Positions 11,509 through 23,742 of a DNA stretch of 64,000 nucleotides are shown one piece after another. The notes under the pieces were generated by a model. That model saw only the letters and a list, made by a program, of their open reading frames with translations, made no database searches and was not told the DNA's origin. The position numbers were made by a program, and so were the translations under genes. The stretch's first letter is position 1, and each line of letters begins with the position of its first letter. Origin of the DNA: Octopus bimaculoides (lineage: Eukaryota); NCBI RefSeq assembly GCF_001194135.2, contig NC_068982.1, forward strand, positions 12,884,681-12,948,680, in the 5' to 3' direction.

Positions 11509-11994
11509 ATATATATATATATATAAACAGGTACATTGGTTATGATCTACGTCTTTATTGTTGTTAACTTGTACACTAATGAGTTTGTCAAATTAGTTAA
11601 TAAAACCAAAGTAGAACAAGACTACTGCACGTGTTCATATTTTATTGGTAAAACGAACCTCCCCAAATTATAACACATAAAACACACTGAACAGACTTTG
11701 TGTATTCTTCTCTGCCTTCGACACCATGGCAAACTTTGATCATACCATGGCACCAGATTCTGTAGCAGAATCTAAATTTCTAATCTTCGGTTTGTTGTTC
11801 ATCTTATTGATCACACAGATGCATGAATCAGCTCTGACTCCCATTTTATGGCCAGGATTACTTTGTCTATTGTCTCCTATCCTTTATAAGGTGGTAGAGT
11901 GTGACTCATAAAGATTTGGCTGCTATTTCTAACACGTCGACTGACCATCTAGAGGCTCACTGGTTGACTCAGTTGTTTATCTTTTGCGTTTAAT

Positions 11995-12388
11995 TTGTTG
12001 CAGTCATTAGACTGCGGCCACGCTGGAGCATCATCTTAAAGAATTTTAGTCAAATGAATCAACCAAGGTACTAATTTCTTTAAAGCCTGGTACTTATGCT
12101 GTCGGTCTCTTTCGGTGATCTGCTATGTTACAGGGACATAAACACACCAACACTAGTTGTCAAGTGTTGATTGGAGCAAACAGACACAGACACAGACATC
12201 CACACACACACACACACATACACACGACTGGCTTCTTTCAGTTTTTGTCTACCAAATCCACTCACAAGACTTTGTTGAGCCTGAGGCTATAGTAGGAGAC
12301 ACTTGTCCAAGGTGCCATGCAATGGGATTGAACCCGGAACCATGTGGTTAGGAAGCAAACTTCTTACCACACAGCCTATGCCTGCACC
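11995..12388 (-). mobile_element. SINE A, near full length
   Basis: Both halves present with (CA)n in the middle. Confidence 0.85.
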
Positions 12389-12584
12389 TGCTTTTAAATA
12401 AACTTCAATTTTGTTTAGGAGGCGGAGCGGACTAGTGTTGGCCTTATGGTATTCAATTGTAGCCCCTTAGGGTCTGAATTCAGATACATCTGGAGTTAAC
12501 TCTGCATTTCACTCTTTATGGGTTGATAAAATTAAGTACCAGTCAGATACTGGGGCCAATTTAATTGACTGATCCTAGAACTGG

Positions 12585-12900
12585 TGTCTCTGATGTTTCT
12601 TCAAGCAAAGAGACTACAGCTGAGAATTCCAAAGGAATCTTTCTTAGTGCTTCTTGCTCTTTAAGGACGATGTGTAAACTGTAATGATTACAGTAGTCAG
12701 TATTTCTGTGAGAAGAAGTGAACCCCGCCACCCTGGTATCATTAGCCTTTGAAAGGCATAATGATGGAACAATGTCACATAAATCCTATAATTAATGGGA
12801 TATATCGCCCATCCTTCATCACAGTTAACAGAAGACCAGCATTTCTTATCATTTGATTCGTTTCTTTTAACTTCAAAGTAAACTCAATTCTTGAATCAGT
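12585..12900 (-). pseudogene. Decayed hAT (Charlie/Buster-type) transposase fragment
   Basis: FTLKLKETNQMIRNAGLLL...RYI resembles the F.LQLDESTD...A.LL.FVRY motif; downstream AGF and FTH..QEAL resemble the HC..H.EAL motif; frameshifted. Confidence 0.45.
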
Positions 12901-13095
12901 GACTCACAAAAGATGTATTTGATTTTGGTAGACCAAGCAATTGACTCTATTTATTTCACTTGCGTGAGATAAATAAATATTGACTGATTCATTTCCATCA
13001 CATTGTTATGTGCTAATGTAATACATCAAGTTATATATTACATGCCATATGCAATTCATTGTGTATGTTACTCAGCTATCACCACACTTTACTTT

Positions 13096-13097
<2 letters not shown>

Positions 13098-13145
<48 letters not shown>
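13098..13145. repeat. (CT)n microsatellite
   Basis: Pure CT run. Confidence 0.95.
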
Positions 13146-13149
<4 letters not shown>

Positions 13150-13764
13150 CACAAATACACATTTACTCTCTCTCATTCTCTCTCACTCACACAGAGGATT
13201 GAAACTCGAGATATAAGGTAATTTATGCAAGGATTTCTGAAATTTTTTCTTACAAGATGGCAATATATATATTATTTGTTTTAATGAATTGTTTTCTCTG
13301 AATAAATGTATTTCTAAAGCTGATTGTGTTCACTTGTATAAAGCATAGATTATTTGTTTCAATTGATTGTTTGTCTTTGAGAACTGACATTATTTTAGGT
13401 GTTCGTTTTGAGTTGAAAGTATGTTTGTTTTATTTGTTGCCATTCCTTTCAACTAGAATCTGTTCATAATAATGACTCTTTTCTATTTTTCTTGAAGGCT
13501 AGACTAGCATTTTCTTGAATTAAACTTCCATATTTCAAGCCATTACATCACGTATCTGTTATAGAAACAGCTGTCCTTGGTGTTTGGTCTTGTAACATGT
13601 GATTCTTATTAAAAGAATGTTTTGGAATTTTCAAATCCTTTAATACCAACTCCCTGTGACTGCCCATATGTTAAACTGTTTATGTTTAAATCATAATCTC
13701 AATTAAAATCTTTTAGCATGAATAATAACATGAGATTTCAGTTAGTAAACATCAGCAGTATACA

Positions 13765-14060
13765 TTAATTATACAATTCCTTTTCATCAGAGAGAAACCA
13801 ACACATTCCAATCTCTTGGTGTTTTAACATGTTTGGTAAATGCTTTGTACAGATTGAATGATTCTTTCTTGCCACGCCTTACATAAACTGACCCCTCAAC
13901 ATCACATATGACCTGTTCTGGATGCCTTTACATAAAATTCCTGTGATGGTGATTTCTGAAACTTTGAGGTACTTTTTGCAATGGTTCGGATTCATTTTCA
14001 ATTATTTCTTGGACTTTTTGTACAAAGTTATGTGTTCTGATGGTACTAGGATCCTATGCA
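13765..14060 (-). pseudogene. Decayed Tc1/mariner transposase
   Basis: IRTHNFVQKVQEII..VSEITITGIL..IQNRSYVMLRGQFM*..KHQEIGMCWFLSDEK; HTH region followed by the first catalytic Asp (SDEK). Confidence 0.7.
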
Positions 14061-14254
14061 TTTATTTCGTATTTTGCTGCTGATGTTGGAACCCTTTCAA
14101 CAGCTTCCTTCTCCTTTCAAACTTTGACAACAAAGGATTGGGCCACTTTCAGGAAGCAATCTATCTCTGCATCATTATGTTGTGCTTTTTAAGACTACGG
14201 TTACAGCATGCCATTTCATTTTGTTGAGTCAACCTGATGTCTGACATTATCTAT

Positions 14255-14960
14255 AACCTATTGAGGCAAGTGAAATCAAAATCAAAATTGCTGATGTGGC
14301 TGATGACAGTACCGCCTGATTGGCACTCGTGCCAGTGGAACGTTAAAAGCACATCCAAACATGGGGTGTAACCGGTCCACTTATGAATACCCCTCATTCA
14401 TTGGACAATGAACTTTGCTTGCGAAGACCTATTGAGGCAAGTGTAAACAAATAAAAATTGCTGAGTGGCTGATGACAGTACCACCTGATTGGCACTTGTG
14501 CCAGTGGAACGTTAAAATCACATCCGAGCATGATCATTGCCAGGGTCACAGATTGGCTCCTGTGCCAGTGACACATGAAAAGCACCATTCGAGTATGATG
14601 GTTGCCAGTGTTGCCTTACCGGCACATGTGCCAGTGGCACGTGAAAAATAACATTCGAGCATGGTGGTTGCCAGTGCTGCTGGACTGGCTCCCGTGCAGG
14701 TAGCATGTAAAAACACCATCTTGAGCATAGTCATTGCCAGAACCACCTGACTGGCCCTCGTGCCGGTGACACATAAAAAGCACCCACTACACTCTCTGAG
14801 TGGTTGGCATTAGGAAGAGCATCCAGCTGTAGAAACTTTGCCAGGTCAGATTGAGACTGGTGCAGCCTCTGGCTCACTAGTCCTCCGTCAAACCGTCCAA
14901 CCCATGCTAGCATGGAAAGTGGACGTTAAACGATGACGATGATGATGATGATGATGATGA
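14255..14960 (+). mobile_element. Family C element with an expanded ~60-bp module array and a duplicated 5' part
   Basis: About 100-bp direct repeat at 14258 and 14427 (period about 169), then repeated GCCAG..CTGGC..GTGCC.GTG.CAC.T.AAAA.CAC modules, then the (GAT)n tail. Confidence 0.85.
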
Positions 14961-15417
14961 AAGTAAAGTGAAAGAAAATAAGTTAGAAGAAAGCTGGAGC
15001 CCTTGAAGGAGGTACTCTCAAAAAACTGACACACCCTGTCTATAAAGAACACTGTTAATACTAAACCTTATCCTGTTTCTTGTTTTTGTTGCATTTATAA
15101 TTAATAAGGCTTCTCCATTTTTATTAACAGAAATTATTAATCATGTTTTTCCACAAGTGCACTCTCTCACACAGAGTCTAATTTCACTGTGACACTAAAG
15201 ATATACGAATCTGGCTTAACATCTAGAATGTCTGCATGACATTAGCCTCATATCCTAGAATGTTCAAGATATACAAGGGAAGGTGGACAGACATAGCATT
15301 GAAAACTAGATAAAGGATTAATCCTGGAAAGACAAGGATCATGAAAATTCAAAACAATGGTCAAAAATTAAATGGTTAAAGCTATGTTATGGTAAAAAAA
15401 AAAAAAATGTAAAAAAC

Positions 15418-16078
15418 ATATACTCTTTTACTCTTTTACCTGTTTCAGTCATTTGACTGCGGCCATGCAGGAACACCACTTTTAGTCGAGCAAATCGACC
15501 CCGGGACTTATTCTTTGTAAGCCTAGTACTTATTCCATTGGTCTCTTTTGCCGAACCGCTAAGTGACGGGGGACATAAACACACCAGCATCGGTTGTCAA
15601 GCAATGCTAGGGGGACAAACACAAACATACACACATCATCATCATCATCATCATTTAACGTCCGTTTTCCATGCTAGCATGAGTTGGACGATTTGACTGG
15701 GGACTGGCGAACCAGATGGCTACACCAGACTCCAACCTGATCTGGCAGAGTTTCTACAGCTGGATGCCCTTTCTAATGCCAACCACTCCGAGAGTGTAAT
15801 GAGTGCTGTTACATGCCATCAGCACAAGGGCCAGTCTGGCGATACTGGCAATGGCCACACTCAAATGGTGTTTTTTACATGCCACCTGCATATATATATA
15901 TATACATATATACAATGGGCTTCCTTCAGTTTCCGTCTACCAAATCCACTTTCAAGGCTTTGATCAGCCCGAGGCTATAGTAGAAGACACTTGCCCAAGA
16001 TTCCACGCAGTGGGACTGAACCCAGAACCATGCGGTTCGTAAGCAAGCTCCTTACCACACAGCCACTCTTGTGCCTAT
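15418..16078 (-). mobile_element. SINE A with family C nested in its central microsatellite
   Basis: A 3' half 15418-15633, C antisense 15634-15890, A 5' half from 15891. Confidence 0.85.
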
Positions 16079-16354
16079 GTTAAAGAAGCAAAATTTTAGG
16101 TCCTGATGCCTCTCCAAACATCATCTATTTCTTTCTCTCTCATTCTGCCTGTCTCTCTCTCTCTCTATCTCTCTAACTCTATCCCTTCTTCCTCTCCTCT
16201 CTTTTCCTACTAAGGTAACCAAGTATCTCCTCTATAGTAAGACACCCATTTCTTTCCTTAACCTCTCTTACACTTGGTACAAAGTCTCTTCCTATGGTTC
16301 TACTCTCTCTCCTAACTGAGAGGTCATTGTCTCGTAAGTGTCTTGGTGGCCCCA

Positions 16355-16547
16355 TATGTGCTGGTGCCACATACAAAGTATCCAGTATGTTCTGTAAAGT
16401 GCTTTGCATTAGGAAGGGCAACCTGTTGTAGAAACCATGCTAAAACAGATAATTGCAGCCTGGTAGAGCTCTTCAACTCGCCAGCTCCTGTCAAACTGTC
16501 CAAGCCATGTCTGCATGGAAAACAAATGTTAAATGATGATGATGAGA
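16355..16547 (+). mobile_element. Family C, diverged partial copy
   Basis: TTAGGAAGGGCA..GTAGAAACCATGC..CATGGAAAA..GTTAAATGATGATG. Confidence 0.7.
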
Positions 16548-17002
16548 ACGTGTTGTCTTTGGCTGCATGAGTGCTTCCACACATGCAAAAATGAACTCAT
16601 TTAAAAAAATATATATTTATCATATTTTTTTTTTGTACATGCTACAGCAATACTGTTATTTAGTGCAAGAAGAGTACCAATTATCAAGAGGCCGAATGCC
16701 ATCTCAGTAAGGTTATTATCGAAAGCGATTGTAAAACAGAAGATAACTAACAGGGATTCTGTTGTCACTAAAATAAAAGCATAATAATGACTATTTACAC
16801 ATTTGCAAAGATTAAATCTTGATTATGTTTAAAGAAATTACATGAAAAGGCTTTCATTGAAGCACTCACTGAAATGTTAATAACAGCACGAAGAGAAAAC
16901 ATATCAGGTGAAGAAAGAAATTTTATTCTGACGATATCAGTAATTAAAAGCACTCAAGGTCTGTTGAGTCAGATTGATAAATGACAACTGATACTAGTTT
17001 AC

Positions 17003-17060
17003 AGCGAGCTTAATAGCTTTGCCATCAATAACATCAAAATAGTCTTTATTAATGTTGAAC
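17003..17060 (-). CDS. Candidate exon (R)FNINKDYFDVIDGKAIKLA
   Basis: ttcttcacag acceptor, gtaaac donor, G/A-initial codons; the frame stops shortly after the donor. Confidence 0.3.
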
Positions 17061-17397
17061 CTGTGAAGAATTGCAGATAACAGATTAAAATTCTATATTT
17101 TTAACGACACAGTCGAAAAAAAAAAATAGTGTTGTTGCAAGAAATATATAAAAAAAAAAAGAGAGAGAAAAAACGAAAAGTATTTTTTTTTTAAATGAAG
17201 TTCACAAACAGAAGATAATTAAATGGTAGAATAGAAATTGAGTAATGGAACTAGAAAGACAATTCCTATCAGCTTTAATTATGTATATATATATGTGTGT
17301 GTGTGTGTGTGTGAGTGCATATATGTGTTCATGTATATATGTGTGTATATATGTGTGTATATATGTGTATATATATGTGTGTATATATGTGTGTGTC

Positions 17398-17812
17398 TCG
17401 CACCGTCCGAGTGTGATCATTGCCAGAGCAGCTGCCTGGCTTCCATGCCAGTGGCATGTAAATAGCACCATTTGAGCGTAATCGTTACCAGCGTCGCCTT
17501 ACTGGCACTTGTGCCGGTGGCACGAGAAAAAACATTTAAGCGAGGTCGTTGCCAGCGCTGCTGGACTGGCTCCTGTGCAGGGGGCATGTAAAAACACCCA
17601 TTTTGAGCTTGGCCGTTGCCAGTATAGCCTGACTGGCCCTTGAATCGGTGGCACATAAAAGCACCCACTACACTCTTGGAGTGGTTAGTGTCAGGAAGGG
17701 CATCCAGCTGTAGAAACTCTGCCAGATCAGATTAGAGCCTGGTGCAGCCATCTGGTTCGCCAGTCCCCAGTCAAATCGTCCAACCTATGCTAGCATGGAA
17801 AGTAGACGTTAA

Positions 17813-17885
<73 letters not shown>
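17398..17885 (+). mobile_element. Family C with about 4 modules and a long (GAT)n tail
   Basis: Lies between a (TA/TG)n array and a (TA)n array. Confidence 0.85.
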
Positions 17886-17888
<3 letters not shown>

Positions 17889-18479
17889 AATATATATATA
17901 TGAATATATATATACATATATATGCATATACATATATATGTATATTTAGATATGTATGTAGTTATATGTGTATATATGTGAGTATATATGTATGTTACAT
18001 AATCAATTTACAATTTGCATAATGTTTCATCCTGATGACATCATAGCTGTACCAAGAATCAATGAAGTATAGAATGTAAAGCATCACATTTTATACACAG
18101 GTAATTCTGGGTGCAGCAATACTATCTTTCAGACGAAGCATCTTGTAGATTGTCAGCAAACTTTGAAATATTAAGTAACACACTTTACCTTCAAATGTAT
18201 AGAATATTGCATTTGACTGGCAGACACCTTAGCCATATGGCTACGGATATATACATTCATACATATATTTAATGTACACAGCATTTGAAATTAGGCCTAC
18301 CAATAGTTTCTTGCTATAAAACGCTGTGATTAGGCAGATTTATATAACTTGTCTTGTGTCTCCATAGCAAGAAACTATTACTAGCTCTTATTACAAATAC
18401 TGGGTACATTAAATGATATTTGTCTCTCATTGGGTGAGGTACCTTTTTTGGTTGGTCCTACTTTAACAGAACTGTAAAC

Positions 18480-18735
18480 TATATATCATGTGATCATGTG
18501 ACTGATCAGACTATCAGATATTGTTTCATATCGCTGGTCACAATGCACTTTGCATCATTTTACCCTTCGGATGACACCACCATACTTGCTAGGTGAGTAG
18601 GCCAACATTCTCCACCGATCGAAAGGGGTCTGGAGCGATATAAAATAAAGTGCTTTGTTCAAAGAAATAATGCACCACCCAGTCTGGGAATTGAATCTAC
18701 AATCTAGTGATCATGAGTGCAACAGCCTAACTACT
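18480..18735 (-). mobile_element. SINE family D
   Basis: Shares ATCATGTGA(C/T)C..CAGACTATCAGAT..GGTCACAATGC with 43430, 58470 and 61960. Confidence 0.7.
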
Positions 18736-18779
18736 ATGCATATGTGTGTGTGTGTGTGATATACAAAGAGGTAACCAAA

Positions 18780-19190
18780 GGTAACTGGGCCTCACTTGCT
18801 CATGGAAGATCAAAAGCTGTTATTGCTGAATGCATGTCTTATTCCTTGACCAAAGGTTATAGGCAACGGTATCATGAGAGCATTGCATCTTCTGGGCCAA
18901 ATCCTTCATGGATTGGCACAGATCCTTATGGATAAGCTTGTTCAATCATTCCTCATTGAATTGAATAGGTTTCCCAAAATGCAGAGAGCTTGTGATATCA
19001 AGTTTTCTCTCTTTGAAGCATGAAAACTATTTCTATGCAGTGATGGTATCTTCTCCATATACACCAAAAATGTCACAGGTGTTTTTTGGCAGCAGCTTTG
19101 GAACCTTGATTGATAGTGAAAAGTTGCAGGTGTCGAAACTGCTCATTTTTCTTTTCTACTTAACACTCCATCATCATATGTCTGAAAAGA
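18780..19190 (-). pseudogene. Decayed mariner (Mos1-like) transposase, N-terminal HTH region
   Basis: NEQFRHLQLFTINQGSKAAAK..DIFGVYGEDTI..FSCFKE..LDI....GKPIQFNEE*LNKLIH..QSMKDLAQKMQCSHDTV. Confidence 0.75.
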
Positions 19191-20127
19191 GGTAAAATTT
19201 ATTTAAATTTCAAAAATGATGCACAGACGTTGTAGAGTAAGAGTAGATCTGGAAAACGAAACTCCATAAGACATTTACAATAAAAATATACTTCATGTTA
19301 ATTAAAGAAAAAAATTGGAAAGAAATGAATGAATTTATTCAACAACCCAATATTTCCCCATTCTACTCATTTTTCTTCCATTTCCTCTAATGAATTTCTT
19401 TTTCATTTTGACTGAATTGAGAGGATTATAACATGGGTGTAACCAAGATATCAACCAAGATGGATTCACTATTAGCAGGCTAATTTATGTGGAATATAGA
19501 ATTAAACTCAATGTAAAATAAATTATTATATTTGCATGAAGTTGTAAGGTTGGGGGTTGTCTTCCCTTTAAACTTGCCTCACACCCTTTGACGAAGAGGT
19601 GGGCGTAGGTTTGGTTTGATATATAATACTGACACTGAAATACTTATCTATTTTAATATCTGTCACACTGGAGTCTCTAATGTATGTTATTTAAAATGAT
19701 TCCCCCCATTTCCTGTTTTGACTGCAGTGGCTTAGTGTGGAGGTGGAGTTATGAATAAAAGTACTTCATTCGAGCTGTGTAAAAGGAAAGGTAGTCTGGT
19801 TGTGGGATATTCCTTTTTATTATCCTGCCAATGGTCACTGCTCAATAAAATAATCTTTTCACATGAAAAAGAAACATAGCAAAATTGGTAAGAATGATAG
19901 GAAAATATGGAACTTATAAAATAATAAAACAAAGATTTGATATAATGTAGGAATACATTTCAGAGAAATGTATTCCTACATTATGGATTGTTTGGCGAAA
20001 AAATAATAATAAAGAAATTAGGGAAATTTTCCAAAGTTAAAGAATGGCTTTACATACAGTTCAATATTTAAGAGATGAGGAATTATGTACATTATTTACA
20101 TTACTTACAGGTTTGAAATTTCCCCAA

Positions 20128-20173
20128 GACACCTGATGAAGGCTGCAGGGTATATCAGCCGAAACGTTGTGTT
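20128..20173 (+). ncRNA. Minimal type I hammerhead ribozyme motif in a probable Penelope-like LTR fragment
   Basis: Stem I GACAC/GUGUU, core CUGAUGA plus an extra A, stem II GGCUG/CAGCC, then GAAAC-GUU with palindromic ACGU in place of helix III. Confidence 0.7.
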
Positions 20174-20299
20174 AACAACAAACAAGATAAGGACAAATAT
20201 CCGTCAAATGTAAGGTTGCTTGTCATTTTTTTCAGTTTGTGGAGAAATGGCTAGAATTTGCCCTGTTTATAATTATACCATACATATATAATGTTACAT

Positions 20300-20625
20300 A
20301 TTACACTTACCTGCTGGATTCACAGGCATGATTGACTATGAATATTATCTAGCTACCTCATTCTTGGTCTATTCTAGGTCTCCTTCTGGATGCATCAGTT
20401 TGAAGAATCTATCTGGCAATTTTAATCAAATGTCTAAAGTACCAGTGATCTCTTAATGCAGAGAAGTTGCAGCTTGACCTGGAGAGACTTGCCTGATCAC
20501 TCAGCTACGTGCTCTGTCGAGCAGCATCACTGCAAAGATCCTTCAGAGGAGCCCCATTTCAGCTGCTTATATTTGCAATTTTACTCTTTCAGTCATTACT
20601 CAGCATTCATGATCATAGGTGAGAA
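20300..20625 (-). pseudogene. Decayed RTE LINE 3' coding region
   Basis: MTERVKLQI*AAEMGLL*RI..LLDRARS*VIR resembles the QAAEM.FLRR...L.DR.RS..IR motif of RTE ORF2. Confidence 0.6.
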
Positions 20626-20934
20626 AGGCATGGAAATTGAATTAAAGGTAACAAGTTTAGACTTTTTTACCAATTTCTCCTCTTCTAAGGATTGAATACT
20701 GAAACTGGTGCATTATGGGGCCAGCACCAGTAATTCTATCATCTAACTAAGTCTCTTGCTTCCCACCACTCATGCTTTTCATAATCAGTAGATTTCATAT
20801 GTGAGAACACACCATGGTTGTATATAGTATGTGGAATACTACTCTGAGATATTTTCCCTCAGCCATAGTATTGGCATTCATAATCAGCATCACTATGATA
20901 GGAATTGTTTCTGCTTTTAAGCTTCACAATTGAG

Positions 20935-21001
20935 TTACCTCTATTTCCAGATCTTTGTATTTTGAAAGTTTCTCCATTTCTTTTAGAGAAACATTGTCAT
21001 C

Positions 21002-21003
<2 letters not shown>
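20935..21003 (-). mobile_element. R4/Dong-like LINE fragment (REL endonuclease region) next to (TTA)n
   Basis: TDDNVSLKEMEKLSKYKDLEIEV, with the K..KY motif of REL endonucleases. Confidence 0.6.
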
Positions 21004-21088
<85 letters not shown>

Positions 21089-21712
21089 CATCATGATATA
21101 TTGATTATTCTTAGTTTTGCCAACCATGAAGAATATGCTTCACTGAAGATATTTAATAAGACTGGAACATATCCTGTACTTTCAGTAGTTAATTTTTTAA
21201 GACCAGACCCCTTCCTGCCATTATCGTTTATACTGTCTTCAAATTTTCATCAACTGATCTTAATGGGATTATTTATTCTGCTTGTACTTTAAGATTTTAA
21301 ACATCTAGAGAATTTTTTTCTACAGCTAGCTTAGTTAATTTTAGTCGATCTAAAATATAGGAGTCCCTGCAGTATCTAGTAACTGTCCACAAATTCTCAA
21401 TTATTTTAAAAATTAATTTAAATTAACAAGTAGTCACAGAGTATATCTGCAGAAACATTGTCTCAAAAAGCTTAATTAAATTAGTAAAATTCAATTTGGT
21501 TATTCAGAGTTCAGAATTCTTTGGTCATAAAAATAGTTTCATATATTTTGACGAGTATTTTTCTGTTTGAAAATAACTAATTGAGCATTTTTTTTTTATT
21601 TCTGTGTGTGCCAGTGCCTGAAATTTCTATCAGTTTAGCATCATTTAGAAATGAATTGCGTGACTATCAATTGTTTAAGCTAGAAAAATGCACACATATT
21701 ATTTTAATTAAG

Positions 21713-21760
<48 letters not shown>

Positions 21761-22137
21761 GCCTTTGCACAGCTTCTAACACTGGGGATGTACTATGATG
21801 TTAGCCATTCACTACCAATGAACTTAGCTAAAACCCCTTATTTTTCAAGCACCATCCAGTGTATTCGAGCAGTTCCAAGCAGTGTTGTTTTCTGCAAGTG
21901 TTTCACCCTTATTGCAGCCCCTATTTGTTCCATGTAGTTCTCAAGATTTTTACTCACTGTTCCCAGGGCTCCGGCAATTATTGGTACTACTACCACCTTT
22001 TTCAGCAACCACAACTACTTAACCTCCCAAGCTAACCTGTCATATCTCTCGACTTTTCTTTCATCCTTATTGCATACCTTGTTGTCAGCTGGGCATGCTA
22101 TATCTATGATCCAACATTGTTTGCTTTCTTTCTCAAT
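21761..22137 (-). mobile_element. 5'-truncated R4/Dong-like LINE 3' end, flanked on both sides by (TTA)n
   Basis: IEKESKQCWIIDIACPADNKV..K.ERYDRLAWEVK*LW..VVVVPII.GALGTVSK..QK..LLGTARI, plus 3' UTR. Confidence 0.8.
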
Positions 22138-22151
22138 TATTATTATTATTA

Positions 22152-22206
<55 letters not shown>

Positions 22207-23695
22207 GTTGCTTTTGAATCTCAAGAATACTTTTTATTGTTAAAATAGAACACCATTGCTTATAAAAATAATAGTTTTAAAATCTTGGTAGGAAAAAAAA
22301 AACGTGATGAAAAATTTGTTTGAATCTATCTAAAGGAAATGTTGAATCGATTCACTGAAATCTTTGATTCCCTTTAGTCAGCCAATTATATTTTTAAAAA
22401 AATGAGCAAGGAAGAGTAAAGAAACTCAATTATTAAGCAATTATCTGATTTTCATTGAAGGAATGTATTTTATTTATGATCAAATTGGAAAACATTTCTT
22501 GATAGCTAGTACTGCAAATAGTTAATCAGATTGCATAAAAATAACACAAATTGTAGGCTTTTTATGCTTGCTTGGGCAGAATACATTTAGAAGAACATTC
22601 AAAGTATGAATCATTAGAAAAAGTCTCCATTGCAGCTGCTGTTCTAAAATAATGATATTTTTATAAAGATCGTTTTCTATATGTGAGAAAATGTAGTATA
22701 TATATATATATATATATTTCTGTTTCCATCTATTATTGATGATATTTTCTGGGAAATATGTGGAATCCATTCCTTTGGTACTTAAAATTTCAGTTTTGTT
22801 GTCTATAGCAATTATTCTAGAATTTAGACAACCTTGAATTTAATAAAAAAAAAGAGAAAGAAAATGAATAAGGAAATGTATGAAGACCATTTGTCACAAA
22901 TGTAAGGCAATAGAAAATATCCAAATGTTGTGAAAATAATTTTATTTTTAACTGCTAGTTTTGTAATGCTTACTTTACTGTTTATTTGTCTAAAAATAAC
23001 ATTTGGATGTAGGTCTGATATGAAGAAAAGAGATGTCTAATTAAACGAATACCAAACATTTGAATAAAAGATTCATTAAAAATGATAGAATAAAAATTAA
23101 TATGAAATCTTTTAATAATAATAATAGTAGTGCATTTATGATGTCCTTGGAAGCAAAACTTTTTTTTAGAAATGAGGAGAAACAATCATAATTAGGTACC
23201 GAGAGCTACATGAACTATCATGTCAAATTGTTGGAAGCTAACAAATAATTCTAACTTCCATTTTTGCAAGCCAGGTTATACAAAGAATTGTTGAATTTCT
23301 GCTACCTGAAGAACTCAATTAATGCTGATAATAGAATTGTGAATACATCATCAGAATTCTATGCTTAAAGGAAGCATAGTTACTTCTGATGAATATGGAG
23401 ATCTGTCTGTGCTGCAACTTTAAATTATATATATTGAATGTGTCAAAGATCTTATAATGATATCAAACGATTTAGTTAAAGATGGTGAGATATATTAAGA
23501 ATTCTTCCTTGTCACCACCAACTACCAAATAATTAATTTGCTTGATATTGAAGAGAAAGATTCATTACATTACAAAATTGGCATTAATGATAATAATATA
23601 TGAACTTGTGGTATTATTTAAATTGACTGAAATATACAATGGTGACTGATGTGTTTTCAGTTCTGAACATTAATAATTCATTACTAAAATATGCT

Positions 23696-23742
<47 letters not shown>

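Noticed and set aside
14500-14800. CRISPR-like regularly spaced ~60-bp repeats
   Set aside because: The whole unit is homologous, with no unique spacers and no cas genes; the context is a eukaryotic retroelement UTR.
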